Positions 8,534 to 16,530 of a stretch of DNA of 64,000 bases are shown one piece after another; the first letter of the stretch is position 1; each line of letters begins with the position of its first letter. The stretch is from a virus, in the IMG/VR virus record IMGVR_UViG_3300036766_000678, positions 32,001 to 96,000 of that record. One strand, given 5' to 3'. A model generated the notes under the pieces. It was given only the letters and a program-made list of their open reading frames with translations. It was not told the origin of the DNA and ran no database searches. The position numbers were made by a program, and so were the translations under genes.

Positions 8534-9280
8534 CTATCCTTTTATTAATTTAGTAATATCTCCAAAAATAATAAATACCATAAGTAATCCTAATAGCACA
8601 AAACCAAGAATATTCCAGATTTCGTATGCTCTATTTGGAAGTTTTTTTCCCCGTATGCCTTCAATAATATATAGTAGGACGTGTCCACCGTCCAATCCGA
8701 AAATTGGTAACAAATTAAACAATCCCAAACTCAAAGACACTATCGACAATAAGAAAAAGAACTGCATAACACTTTCTTTTAATGAGGACACCATAAGTTT
8801 TGTAACCATAATAGGCCCTGCCATATCTGACATATGAGATTGAGCAGTAAATACCCCGCCAAACCATTTTAATGTTTCATGAATAACAAACCATGAAATA
8901 TCACCTGTTCGTTTAACAGCAGCGAAAACTGGCCAGTGATTAAATAGAAGAAGTGCATAAATCATAGCTAGACCTAGTAAAAGATTCATAACTGGCCCTG
9001 CAAGAGCAATTAAAGCTCGTTTATACCATGGCACAGCAAAGAAGCCACCTTTTGTATTATCTGAGGGGTCCTCTTCCGCAAATTGCACGAAGCCGCCTAA
9101 AGGTAACAACCTAAGTTCATAAGAAGTCCCTTTAAATAAGAAGCCCAACAATCTAGGTCCAAACCCAAATGAGAACTTTAATACTTTCACTCCAAATGCC
9201 TTAGCTGTAAGCATATGCGCTAACTCATGAAGTCCAATCACTAACCCAAATCCTAAAATAACAACAAGAATACTAAGCAT
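8534..9280 (-). CDS. M50 site-2 protease (RseP-like, no PDZ domain)
   Basis: HELAH, FSFGFGP, LLPLGGFV, ALAGPVMN, NLLPIFGLDGGHV. Confidence 0.92.
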   Translation of the reverse strand: MLSILVVILGFGLVIGLHELAHMLTAKAFGVKVLKFSFGFGPRLLGFLFKGTSYELRLLPLGGFVQFAEEDPSDNTKGGFFAVPWYKRALIALAGPVMNLLLGLAMIYALLLFNHWPVFAAVKRTGDISWFVIHETLKWFGGVFTAQSHMSDMAGPIMVTKLMVSSLKESVMQFFFLLSIVSLSLGLFNLLPIFGLDGGHVLLYIIEGIRGKKLPNRAYEIWNILGFVLLGLLMVFIIFGDITKLIKG

Positions 9281-9289
9281 TTAATCTCC

Positions 9290-9397
9290 TTATGGGTGTG
9301 GTAATCCAGCTAAAATCATTTCACCACATTGGGGGCAGTGAAACATTCCAATAGGTTTACCTTTTAATGGTTCAGGGTCAAAGGAACATTTTTTCAT
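9290..9397 (-). CDS. tiny zinc-ribbon-like protein (35 aa)
   Basis: Hand-translated MKKCSFDPEPLKGKPIGMFHCPQCGEMILAGLPHP; start overlaps recA stop. Confidence 0.5.
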   Translation of the reverse strand: MKKCSFDPEPLKGKPIGMFHCPQCGEMILAGLPHP

Positions 9398-10398
9398 TAT
9401 TTCTTATGCTCCTGAATAAGTTTTAACAATTCTTTTTGTAATTTCTCATCCCCACGAAGAGTGGTAAGAAATTCTTCCATCCCTTTAACTGTTGTTTCTC
9501 CAAAGGTAAATTTTGGGCCATGGGATTGAACAATTACTCCTGTTTTAAGTCCTAAAGAAACAATATCATCGATCTTATCAATACCCTCAACAAAGTTAAG
9601 GAGAAAATCTGCTGTTCTAAAAGGTGGGGCAACTTTATTCTTAACTACTTTAATACTAACACGATGCCCCAAGATATCTTCTCCATTCTTAATCTCTGAT
9701 CCAAATAATTTCTTTACTTCAAGACGTTGTGAGGAGTAAAATTTTAGACTTTCGCCGCCTGGCGTGGTGAACGAGATTCCTCCAGGGCTAAAACCACCAA
9801 TTTTCTGACGCAACTGGTTGATAAAGATAACAACAGCTTTGCTACGTCCAATAGCTCCTGTTAAACGGCGTAACCCTTGACTCATCATGCGCGCTTGCAC
9901 CCCCATTGTCTGCTGGCCCATCTCGTTTTCTATTTCACTACGGGGAACTAAAGCTGCCACCGAATCAATTACCACCATGTCAATATTACCAGTTTGAACA
10001 AGCTTTTCCACAACACTCATAGCTTCTTCCCCACTCTCAGGATTACGATAAATGACATTATCTGCATCTACCCCAAGTTTGGTTGCCCATTCTGGGTCCC
10101 AAGCATTTTCACTATCGATTAAGGCAACATTCCCACCAAGACGTTGAGCAGAGGCAAGACCAAGAAGACTTAATGTTGACTTACCACCAGAGGGCTGACC
10201 ATACATTTCAATAATGCGACCTCTAGGATAACCACCGCAACCTAAAGCAAAATCAAGACTGGCTGATCCTGAAGGAATGGCATCAAGCTTTTCCACTTCC
10301 AAATTACCAAATCGTGCAATGGTAATGTCAAGCTCTTTAGCCATTTGCTTTAATTGAGCATCTAGTGATTCTTTTGTTTCTTCTTGTTCTTTGGCCAT
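9397..10398 (-). CDS. recA: RecA recombinase
   Basis: IPSGSASLDFALG, GRIIEMYGQPSGGKS, VVIDSVAALVP, QARMMSQGLR, IFINQLR, GGESLKFYSS, KVVKNKVAPPF. Confidence 0.97.
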   Translation of the reverse strand: MAKEQEETKESLDAQLKQMAKELDITIARFGNLEVEKLDAIPSGSASLDFALGCGGYPRGRIIEMYGQPSGGKSTLSLLGLASAQRLGGNVALIDSENAWDPEWATKLGVDADNVIYRNPESGEEAMSVVEKLVQTGNIDMVVIDSVAALVPRSEIENEMGQQTMGVQARMMSQGLRRLTGAIGRSKAVVIFINQLRQKIGGFSPGGISFTTPGGESLKFYSSQRLEVKKLFGSEIKNGEDILGHRVSIKVVKNKVAPPFRTADFLLNFVEGIDKIDDIVSLGLKTGVIVQSHGPKFTFGETTVKGMEEFLTTLRGDEKLQKELLKLIQEHKK

Positions 10399-10425
10399 AT
10401 TATCTCCTCTTATCTTTTATTCCTT

Positions 10426-10989
10426 TTAGAAAGGAAATTTGCTTGTTGCCCTTGGAGCGACAGGTGCCACTACTGGTTGCACATTTACTACTGGCGCAAC
10501 TGGTGTAGCAACTGTTACAGGAACCTGTTGAGAAACTACGGAAGTTGCTTGAACGGCTACCTTTGCTGGACCATGAGCTAATGGGGCTTGCGCTAACATA
10601 GTCTGCAATACCTGGGTGTCTACCTCAGTCATTGCTACTAAGCTATCCACATTTTGGTACTCTTCATCATTTTCTCCAACTGTGCTTTTAACAAAAGCTT
10701 TGGTATAAACACCCAAAAGCTGATCTGTGTCTAGATTGACAGCTTGTTCTGGCGAAATGCCAAGAGAATTCAACCAAGAACCAAGTCTGCTCTTTGGTGA
10801 AACAACTTTCGAAGTAGAACCAAACACCCAACGTTTCTGAAATGGATTTTGCTGTATCTCAAACTTCCAATTTAGATAAGCGTTTCCCTTCTTACTAACT
10901 TTTTCAGCAATCTCCAAAATCTTAACGAAATAAATATTATCGGGGATTGGTTCGTATTCGCGTTTCTCTGCTTTTTGTAATTGTACCAT
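10426..10989 (-). CDS. DUF669-like single-stranded DNA-binding protein
   Basis: YEPIPDNIYFVKI..KVSKKGNAYLNWKFEI, low-complexity tail ending in PF; next to recA. Confidence 0.6.
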   Translation of the reverse strand: MVQLQKAEKREYEPIPDNIYFVKILEIAEKVSKKGNAYLNWKFEIQQNPFQKRWVFGSTSKVVSPKSRLGSWLNSLGISPEQAVNLDTDQLLGVYTKAFVKSTVGENDEEYQNVDSLVAMTEVDTQVLQTMLAQAPLAHGPAKVAVQATSVVSQQVPVTVATPVAPVVNVQPVVAPVAPRATSKFPF

Positions 10990-11749
10990 TTTTATTTCTC
11001 CTATTATGTTTATTTAAGTACTTAATTAAATTTTTCAATGTTTCAACATTATCTTTTAAACGACCTAAAGCAACATTACAATTACTACACAACAATCCAC
11101 GAATGCACTTGCCACAAGATTTAGCTTTTGGGCAGCAAGCATGGTCATGGTCTACAGTTAAAAGTTTTCCCAATTCTTCCACAGTTTTAAGACATCCTAA
11201 ACATGCACGATTTTGTGTATTAAGTATTGCATTATATTTTTCATCAGTTAAACCATAGCAATTCTTAAGGTGATGCCTTCGAAAATATTCTACTATTTTC
11301 TTCTTATTTAATTCCACGTATGTCTTCCTTTGTTTTTTAATTTTCTCTTTATTTTTTGGCAGATAAACTTCTTTATAGGCTTTAATTTTATCCGCATTGT
11401 CCTTCGCATACTGCTTTTCATAATCTCTACGGCAAACTTCACACATATGATTAATTCTTCCAACAACGGCCATATCATGCCCATTCTTGCAAAAATCCTT
11501 CTTACGAGCATCTTTATTTGGGTCAATTCTCCTTCTTTCACGCCTACACTGGGTACATTCCCAATTACTTCTATCTCTACCTACTATAAAGGTATCATGC
11601 CCATTAACACAGAATTGTTTATGTTCAATTTTATCTATATTATTAATCTTATAGACTCTCACACATTCCTTACACGCTCCTGATTTATACCTACCAACAA
11701 GAGCTATTTCATGCCCATTTTTACAAAAAGGTTTCTTAGGCTTTGCCAT
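10937..11749 (-). CDS. endonuclease VII-family homing endonuclease with three N-terminal Cys/His zinc-finger modules
   Basis: QNRACLGC..VDHDH..IRGLLCSNCNVALG; 3x FCxNGH..VGR..CxxC. Confidence 0.85.
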   Translation of the reverse strand: MAKPKKPFCKNGHEIALVGRYKSGACKECVRVYKINNIDKIEHKQFCVNGHDTFIVGRDRSNWECTQCRRERRRIDPNKDARKKDFCKNGHDMAVVGRINHMCEVCRRDYEKQYAKDNADKIKAYKEVYLPKNKEKIKKQRKTYVELNKKKIVEYFRRHHLKNCYGLTDEKYNAILNTQNRACLGCLKTVEELGKLLTVDHDHACCPKAKSCGKCIRGLLCSNCNVALGRLKDNVETLKNLIKYLNKHNRRNKNGTITKSRETRIRTNPR

Positions 11750-11750
11750 A

Positions 11751-12296
11751 TCACAGATTAATATTCTTAATCATTCCTCGATTATTTCCGCTGATATTTT
11801 GATCGAGCTGCAAGACGGTGATCTGACGGCTCAAGTTGTTATTTGCTGACTCCAGGTTTGAATAAACATTTTGTAATATTTTCATAAACCAACTTGCACG
11901 AATGCTTGCTATTTCGGCATGATGAAGCTTGAGTACAAGATCAGTCATGAGCATCTTAGCATGAGTATTTCGCATTTCTGCACTCTTCTGTGCTGCAACT
12001 GTAGCGTTTGTTGCAAGAAGCATTTCTAGATTCCTATCATATTCCCCTTGCACTCTTTCATGATCAATCTCATGGGCAGCTACATTCCGCATAGCTTCCA
12101 TTACTAAGGAACTGACTCTATCTTTCTGCAACTGACACTCAGCCAGTTTCACCAAGATTGAAGATAGACCGAGTACGGAAGGATCTGGGTCTAGGAAAAA
12201 CTTAATCTTACTAACTTCTTCCAACTTCTCTGCCATCTGTTCTTCTGTAAGTGCCATATTATTCTCCTGTAGGTTCTTGTGGGAAAGTAGTCTCAA
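11751..12296 (-). CDS. helical/coiled-coil protein, possibly UvsY-like mediator; likely start 12257 (MALTEE)
   Basis: Helical composition and position upstream of ssb and recA; the function call is contextual only. Confidence 0.35.
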   Translation of the reverse strand: MRLLSHKNLQENNMALTEEQMAEKLEEVSKIKFFLDPDPSVLGLSSILVKLAECQLQKDRVSSLVMEAMRNVAAHEIDHERVQGEYDRNLEMLLATNATVAAQKSAEMRNTHAKMLMTDLVLKLHHAEIASIRASWFMKILQNVYSNLESANNNLSRQITVLQLDQNISGNNRGMIKNINL

Positions 12297-12483
12297 TATC
12301 TTGTTCTGTTAAATATTTGCATTGGGCAAAAAGCTTACTGGATGCTTCCAACAATTCTGCTCCAGATGACACCTCAACGTCCGTAGTGAGAGTAGAATCA
12401 AAAGTGTAGCTTTGAAAATTGACAGTTACCTTTCGTCCATAGGTTTTTGTAATAACAAATTTCTGTTTAACGCCTTCAACCAT
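12259..12483 (-). CDS. hypothetical protein
   Basis: ORF track; AGGAG SD. Confidence 0.55.
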   Translation of the reverse strand: MVEGVKQKFVITKTYGRKVTVNFQSYTFDSTLTTDVEVSSGAELLEASSKLFAQCKYLTEQDIETTFPQEPTGE

Positions 12484-12492
12484 ATATTCTCC

Positions 12493-12708
12493 TTAACCTA
12501 AATCCTCGCCGCAATCTTTACAATGCATATCTGGTTCCCATCCCATATTATACCACACAATTCCATTTGGATGCTCTTTTATTCTGCATAATAAATTTGC
12601 AAATGATTCACTTTTAAATAAATAAGCATACCAACAAGGTTGCAACCACTTAGGAAGATAATTATAAATCCAACTCATTTTTCCAATTCCCTTGATCTTT
12701 CTATCCAC
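12493..12708 (-). CDS. hypothetical protein with C-terminal HCKDC motif
   Basis: ORF track. Confidence 0.5.
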   Translation of the reverse strand: MDRKIKGIGKMSWIYNYLPKWLQPCWYAYLFKSESFANLLCRIKEHPNGIVWYNMGWEPDMHCKDCGEDLG

Positions 12709-13166
12709 TCTTTCATTATAACAGATGAAACAGAAGATTGCAATACCTTATCTAATTCACAAAGAAACCTCATAACCTTATCTACTAATTCTGGCCTTCT
12801 ATATATAATATCTCTGCACGTCTTCGACACGCTCATGTTCAGTTCATCTGAGTAATCTACTTCTTCTTTTACGGCCAAGCCGTCGAGCGTTTGAGTAATA
12901 ATTTCTAATACTTCGGTATCTCCTTCCAATTTCTCTTTCGCAGCTTTATAACTTATTCCTTCTAATTTTGCTATAAAAGAAGCAGCGTCTCCTCCCATAC
13001 TCATTCCAAAATCAAACCAGGAATTTGTTAAACTGTAGACAGTAAATGAGGGTGTGTGATTGATACTTATCTTAAATGGACTTGAGCCTCGATAGATACC
13101 CTCGCCTATAGGTACTAATTTTACTCCAGCTTCTTCAACTAATTCTTTAATGTTCTTTTGGGACAT
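12675..13166 (-). CDS. stand-alone primase N-terminal (CHC2-like) domain lacking zinc ligands
   Basis: YRGSSPFK..TPSFTV..SWFDFGMSMGGDAASFIAKLEGISYKAA parallels CPFH..TPSF..CFGC..GGD. Confidence 0.75.
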   Translation of the reverse strand: MSQKNIKELVEEAGVKLVPIGEGIYRGSSPFKISINHTPSFTVYSLTNSWFDFGMSMGGDAASFIAKLEGISYKAAKEKLEGDTEVLEIITQTLDGLAVKEEVDYSDELNMSVSKTCRDIIYRRPELVDKVMRFLCELDKVLQSSVSSVIMKEWIERSRELEK

Positions 13167-13199
13167 TTATCTATTCCTTTTATTCTTCGTTAAAGAGCA

Positions 13200-13364
13200 T
13201 TATTGATTCTCTCGTAAATTAATAGTTGTAAAAGCCACTTTAGCTTTTAGTACACAATTATAACAAATTCCACAACTATTTGTATAAAGTTGAACTGCTT
13301 TTATGCCCTCTATTTGGTATATGGCACAAAATGTTATCAAATCAACTATATCGTTATGCTCCAT
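13200..13364 (-). CDS. hypothetical protein (54 aa, CxxCxxC)
   Basis: Hand-translated MEHNDIVDLITF...; AGGAG SD. Confidence 0.45.
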   Translation of the reverse strand: MEHNDIVDLITFCAIYQIEGIKAVQLYTNSCGICYNCVLKAKVAFTTINLRENQ

Positions 13365-13377
13365 TTTATCTCTCCTT

Positions 13378-13530
13378 TCATTTAACCAATACCTGTTGTA
13401 GCTTTACAAATAGCTCTACAGCTTCTTTTCTTGTAATATGCAGCCTTGTACGTCCAAGAGCTAATAACAATCTCTTACGTTTACGATCTCTTGGTCTTGC
13501 TTCTTTCTTTAATGGGATTAGTTTAATCAT
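13378..13530 (-). CDS. basic hypothetical protein (50 aa)
   Basis: Hand-translated MIKLIPLKKEARPRDRKRK...; ATGA overlap with upstream ORF. Confidence 0.5.
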   Translation of the reverse strand: MIKLIPLKKEARPRDRKRKRLLLALGRTRLHITRKEAVELFVKLQQVLVK

Positions 13531-13745
13531 TGTTGAGGTCCTTTCTGCTGTAATAATATTGAAATAGTACGTACTTGTTGTTTAAGTGTACAAGTATCAC
13601 AGGTAACAAAATTACTATAAGGACTCCATTTTGCCAAAGTGTGCCCACAATCTAACATCGCAATACCACCATCAGTGACTTTAACTATTGTACTCATTAG
13701 AATTCTCCTTCTTAGCCTTTTCCACTGCTGCTTGAGCTTCTTCAA
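13527..13745 (-). CDS. hypothetical protein (likely start 13697, MSTIVKV; CGH/CxxC)
   Basis: ORF track; GGAG SD before 13697. Confidence 0.5.
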   Translation of the reverse strand: MKKLKQQWKRLRRRILMSTIVKVTDGGIAMLDCGHTLAKWSPYSNFVTCDTCTLKQQVRTISILLQQKGPQQ

Positions 13746-13905
13746 TCTGCTTGTCTATAGCCTTTAATTTTTTACCAATATCTAAATATGTTTTACTATG
13801 GGAATATTTTGAAAATTTTCCAGTTCCAGAATAACTTGTATAAGACTTAACAAATTCTTGTTTTTTAATTTTTAACATAAATAATTGTTCCTCTTCTTTA
13901 GTCAT
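13681..13905 (-). CDS. hypothetical coiled-coil protein
   Basis: ORF track. Confidence 0.5.
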   Translation of the reverse strand: MTKEEEQLFMLKIKKQEFVKSYTSYSGTGKFSKYSHSKTYLDIGKKLKAIDKQIEEAQAAVEKAKKENSNEYNS

Positions 13906-13906
13906 A

Positions 13907-14593
13907 CTAATTGGCAGCCTTTTTATTTTTCATAGCAGAAGTTGCCTCATCAAGTGTGTTGAAAGTTCCTAAGTACCTATGGCAAATAGAAACTTGAAAT
14001 TTACCATTACTCTTTTTAGCAATTCCTACAGGCAATCCACTATTTTGACGTTTTATTTCATATCTATTAGGCAAATTAAGAATTTGTTGCTTTATATTTT
14101 CATCTACAATAGCTTTTCCACTTCGTATTCGTGCAAGAATAACACCTAAAAAGTGTGAAACTGGATCTTTGCTTACCTTACTGGGAGGAATTCCAGTTTT
14201 TTCATAAAAGGAAATAATTTCTAACGCATTTTTATTACTCTCGTGCTGTCTGAATGTTGGAACCTTTTTATATTGATTTGAAAAACTTTCATCATAACAA
14301 TCACCATGGATATTTGAAAATCTCCCCCAATATTGACTTAATCTTTTTTCATTTGAATTTAAACTAACTTGGGACGGTAAATAGCCATGATTTTTTATAA
14401 AAAGAGCAATCTCTTTTTGAATTTTAATAATTTTTTCATGCTGAAATTTAAAATTATATTTCTCACGTAACAAATTTAAAAATTTAGGATCATAACTAGG
14501 GTTCTCACTTCGTATATAATTATAAAATAATGCTGACAGATATTTTTCTTCAGGGTCACTAGAGTGTGATGCAGGAAACCTATACTTCTTCAT
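13907..14593 (-). CDS. helicase-associated (HA)-like repeat protein with C-terminal AP2-like domain
   Basis: About 60-aa repeats EIxxFxxxxGxxPSxxSxDxxExxL; C-terminal GIAKKSNGKFQVSI..YLGTFNTLDEA. Confidence 0.65.
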   Translation of the reverse strand: MKKYRFPASHSSDPEEKYLSALFYNYIRSENPSYDPKFLNLLREKYNFKFQHEKIIKIQKEIALFIKNHGYLPSQVSLNSNEKRLSQYWGRFSNIHGDCYDESFSNQYKKVPTFRQHESNKNALEIISFYEKTGIPPSKVSKDPVSHFLGVILARIRSGKAIVDENIKQQILNLPNRYEIKRQNSGLPVGIAKKSNGKFQVSICHRYLGTFNTLDEATSAMKNKKAAN

Positions 14594-14988
14594 ATTCCTA
14601 ATTCACTATATAAAGCATGAACACTTTCTTTTAAGAAAACACCAGATAGTCCAAAACCACATTCATATCTATATATGGAACTAATATCATACTCAATAGG
14701 ATCATTAGAATTCATATGGAGTCTTCGTCGTGTCTCACGTATAAAATTTAAAATCTTATTTGCATTACATTCGAAACGATTAATTCTCTCATTCCACGAT
14801 TCTATTTTCTCACCTTCTGGTTTAGGAAAGAATTTCTCGATAAGTTTTCTAAACTCTGGATCAAAACTTGAACTAGAAGGAGCCATATAAGAATGCATTC
14901 GTTGAGCATGATGTCTTTCTTCCAAATCTATGCTAACTGCACTAGGGCGTTTATACCTCTTCATAAGCATGCGCCTCGATCCATTCAA
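14590..14988 (-). CDS. HA-like repeat protein (likely start 14964, MKRYKRPS); apparent continuation of the helicase
   Basis: KRPSAVSIDLEER..SFDPEF is the second half of the repeat whose first helix ends the helicase ORF. Confidence 0.6.
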   Translation of the reverse strand: MNGSRRMLMKRYKRPSAVSIDLEERHHAQRMHSYMAPSSSSFDPEFRKLIEKFFPKPEGEKIESWNERINRFECNANKILNFIRETRRRLHMNSNDPIEYDISSIYRYECGFGLSGVFLKESVHALYSELGI

Positions 14989-16495
14989 TAATTTCTTTCT
15001 TATTTCCTTCTGGATCTTGATAGGAAGTACCCTCTAGAGCCTCTAGGATCTCATTAGGAGAGGCTTTATGGTATGTTTCGATGGGGCGATTACCAAACTG
15101 CTTTACATCGTCAAATACATCAAGCTGCATTGCCTTAAAGTAATCCATAGGATCTATAAACCGCACCACAGGAGAAGTTGGAACCTTCTTTTGTTTCTTA
15201 TGTTTTATCTTCGTAAGATCTGTCTTCGTAAAAATAATGTTTCTATTTCGAATACTACCAAGACCTTTATAATTAGTTAGACCTTCTGAAGTAAGAAGCC
15301 AAAACATAACCTGCATTATGATGTCTGTTTGATGTCTTCGGTCTGGAGTAGTCACCTTCAAAAAAAATTTAGTTTTACCACCTTCTGGACGCATAAGCCT
15401 ACCATACTTTTGTTTCTGGGCTGAAGGATTAAGACCAAGGCTTATATCAACACAATTATCTAGTCCTGGAAAGTCCCAAGCCAATGTAGCTCTATCTACT
15501 ACCACAAGGAAATTGTACTTATTATAATCTAGATCTTTTGGGTTACTAAACACATCCAAATTATTAGAAGTGTCATCATTATCTGAAGTACTAAGCAAAA
15601 CACTGCCTGGATAATGAAAATTAAACTCATCATAAAGATCTTGGGCATGAGTAATTCCATTAGCAAAGATAAGAGTCTTACCAATAGGAAGGAAGGGAAG
15701 TTTCGTCTTACCAAGGAAATTGCCCAAAGAAGGCCAATAACGAGTTTGAGCAAGACGTTGTAAAACTACTTCAACAATGCGCTTTGTCTCTTCTTTAGGA
15801 AGTTTAGCTTCTACACCTTTCAATGTTTCCCAAGTAGTTTCACTATAATCTGCTTTCGTAATGTCTTTATAGGCTTCTGCTACTTCTGTCGTAGGAAGTA
15901 CCGTATAAACTTCGCCCTCCTTACGTCCTTCACGAATCAAATCTATGGCTGAGAAACCAAATATCTTCACACCTTTCTTATCTATAAATTTATCAGGGGT
16001 GGCCGTAAGATAAAGCTGTTTAAGTCCTTTACGTCCAATCTGCTTTGTGATAGATCGAACCATCTTCCCTTCTGTTTGATGGTGTGATTCATCTATTAAA
16101 AGAAACTGATATTTAATTAGAGGTAATTTACGAATAGTGGAAGGAATTCCAAGAACAACTCTTGCATTAGGATTATAGTCTGATTTATTCTCTACCACAC
16201 AGACATCATTTTCTACAAAGGAAAGATTTTTTTCTTCAAGTATAGAAAATAACCTTCTTTTAAATTGATTACGAATGTCTTTACGATTGTGGGCTAAGAT
16301 AAGAACTTTCCAAATAGGATTTAATTGTAATAGTTCTGCTATAATATTGATAGCCATATTCGTTTTGCCACTTCCCACTTCAGAAGCAAGCAAGACAATT
16401 TTATTTTTAGTCTGTAAAAGTTCTGTCACACAAGACGTTTCAAGCGTTACTTGGTAGGGTCTGACTTTATATTTCTTTTTAGTTAAGGTTTTCAT
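14951..16495 (-). CDS. SF2 (DExH, restriction Res-like) helicase
   Basis: RPYQ, Walker A SEVGSGKT, IDESHH, LTATP, KTLIFA, motif VI QKYGRLMR. Confidence 0.88.
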   Translation of the reverse strand: MKTLTKKKYKVRPYQVTLETSCVTELLQTKNKIVLLASEVGSGKTNMAINIIAELLQLNPIWKVLILAHNRKDIRNQFKRRLFSILEEKNLSFVENDVCVVENKSDYNPNARVVLGIPSTIRKLPLIKYQFLLIDESHHQTEGKMVRSITKQIGRKGLKQLYLTATPDKFIDKKGVKIFGFSAIDLIREGRKEGEVYTVLPTTEVAEAYKDITKADYSETTWETLKGVEAKLPKEETKRIVEVVLQRLAQTRYWPSLGNFLGKTKLPFLPIGKTLIFANGITHAQDLYDEFNFHYPGSVLLSTSDNDDTSNNLDVFSNPKDLDYNKYNFLVVVDRATLAWDFPGLDNCVDISLGLNPSAQKQKYGRLMRPEGGKTKFFLKVTTPDRRHQTDIIMQVMFWLLTSEGLTNYKGLGSIRNRNIIFTKTDLTKIKHKKQKKVPTSPVVRFIDPMDYFKAMQLDVFDDVKQFGNRPIETYHKASPNEILEALEGTSYQDPEGNKKEIIEWIEAHAYEEV

Positions 16496-16501
16496 GTATT
16501 T

Positions 16502-16530
16502 AGTATAGCAGAAGATTGTTATCTTGTCAA
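16502..16530 (-). promoter_or_regulatory. sigma70-type promoter; helicase mRNA likely leaderless
   Basis: TTGACA-17 nt-TATACT with TG extension; ATG 6 nt after the -10. Confidence 0.8.
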
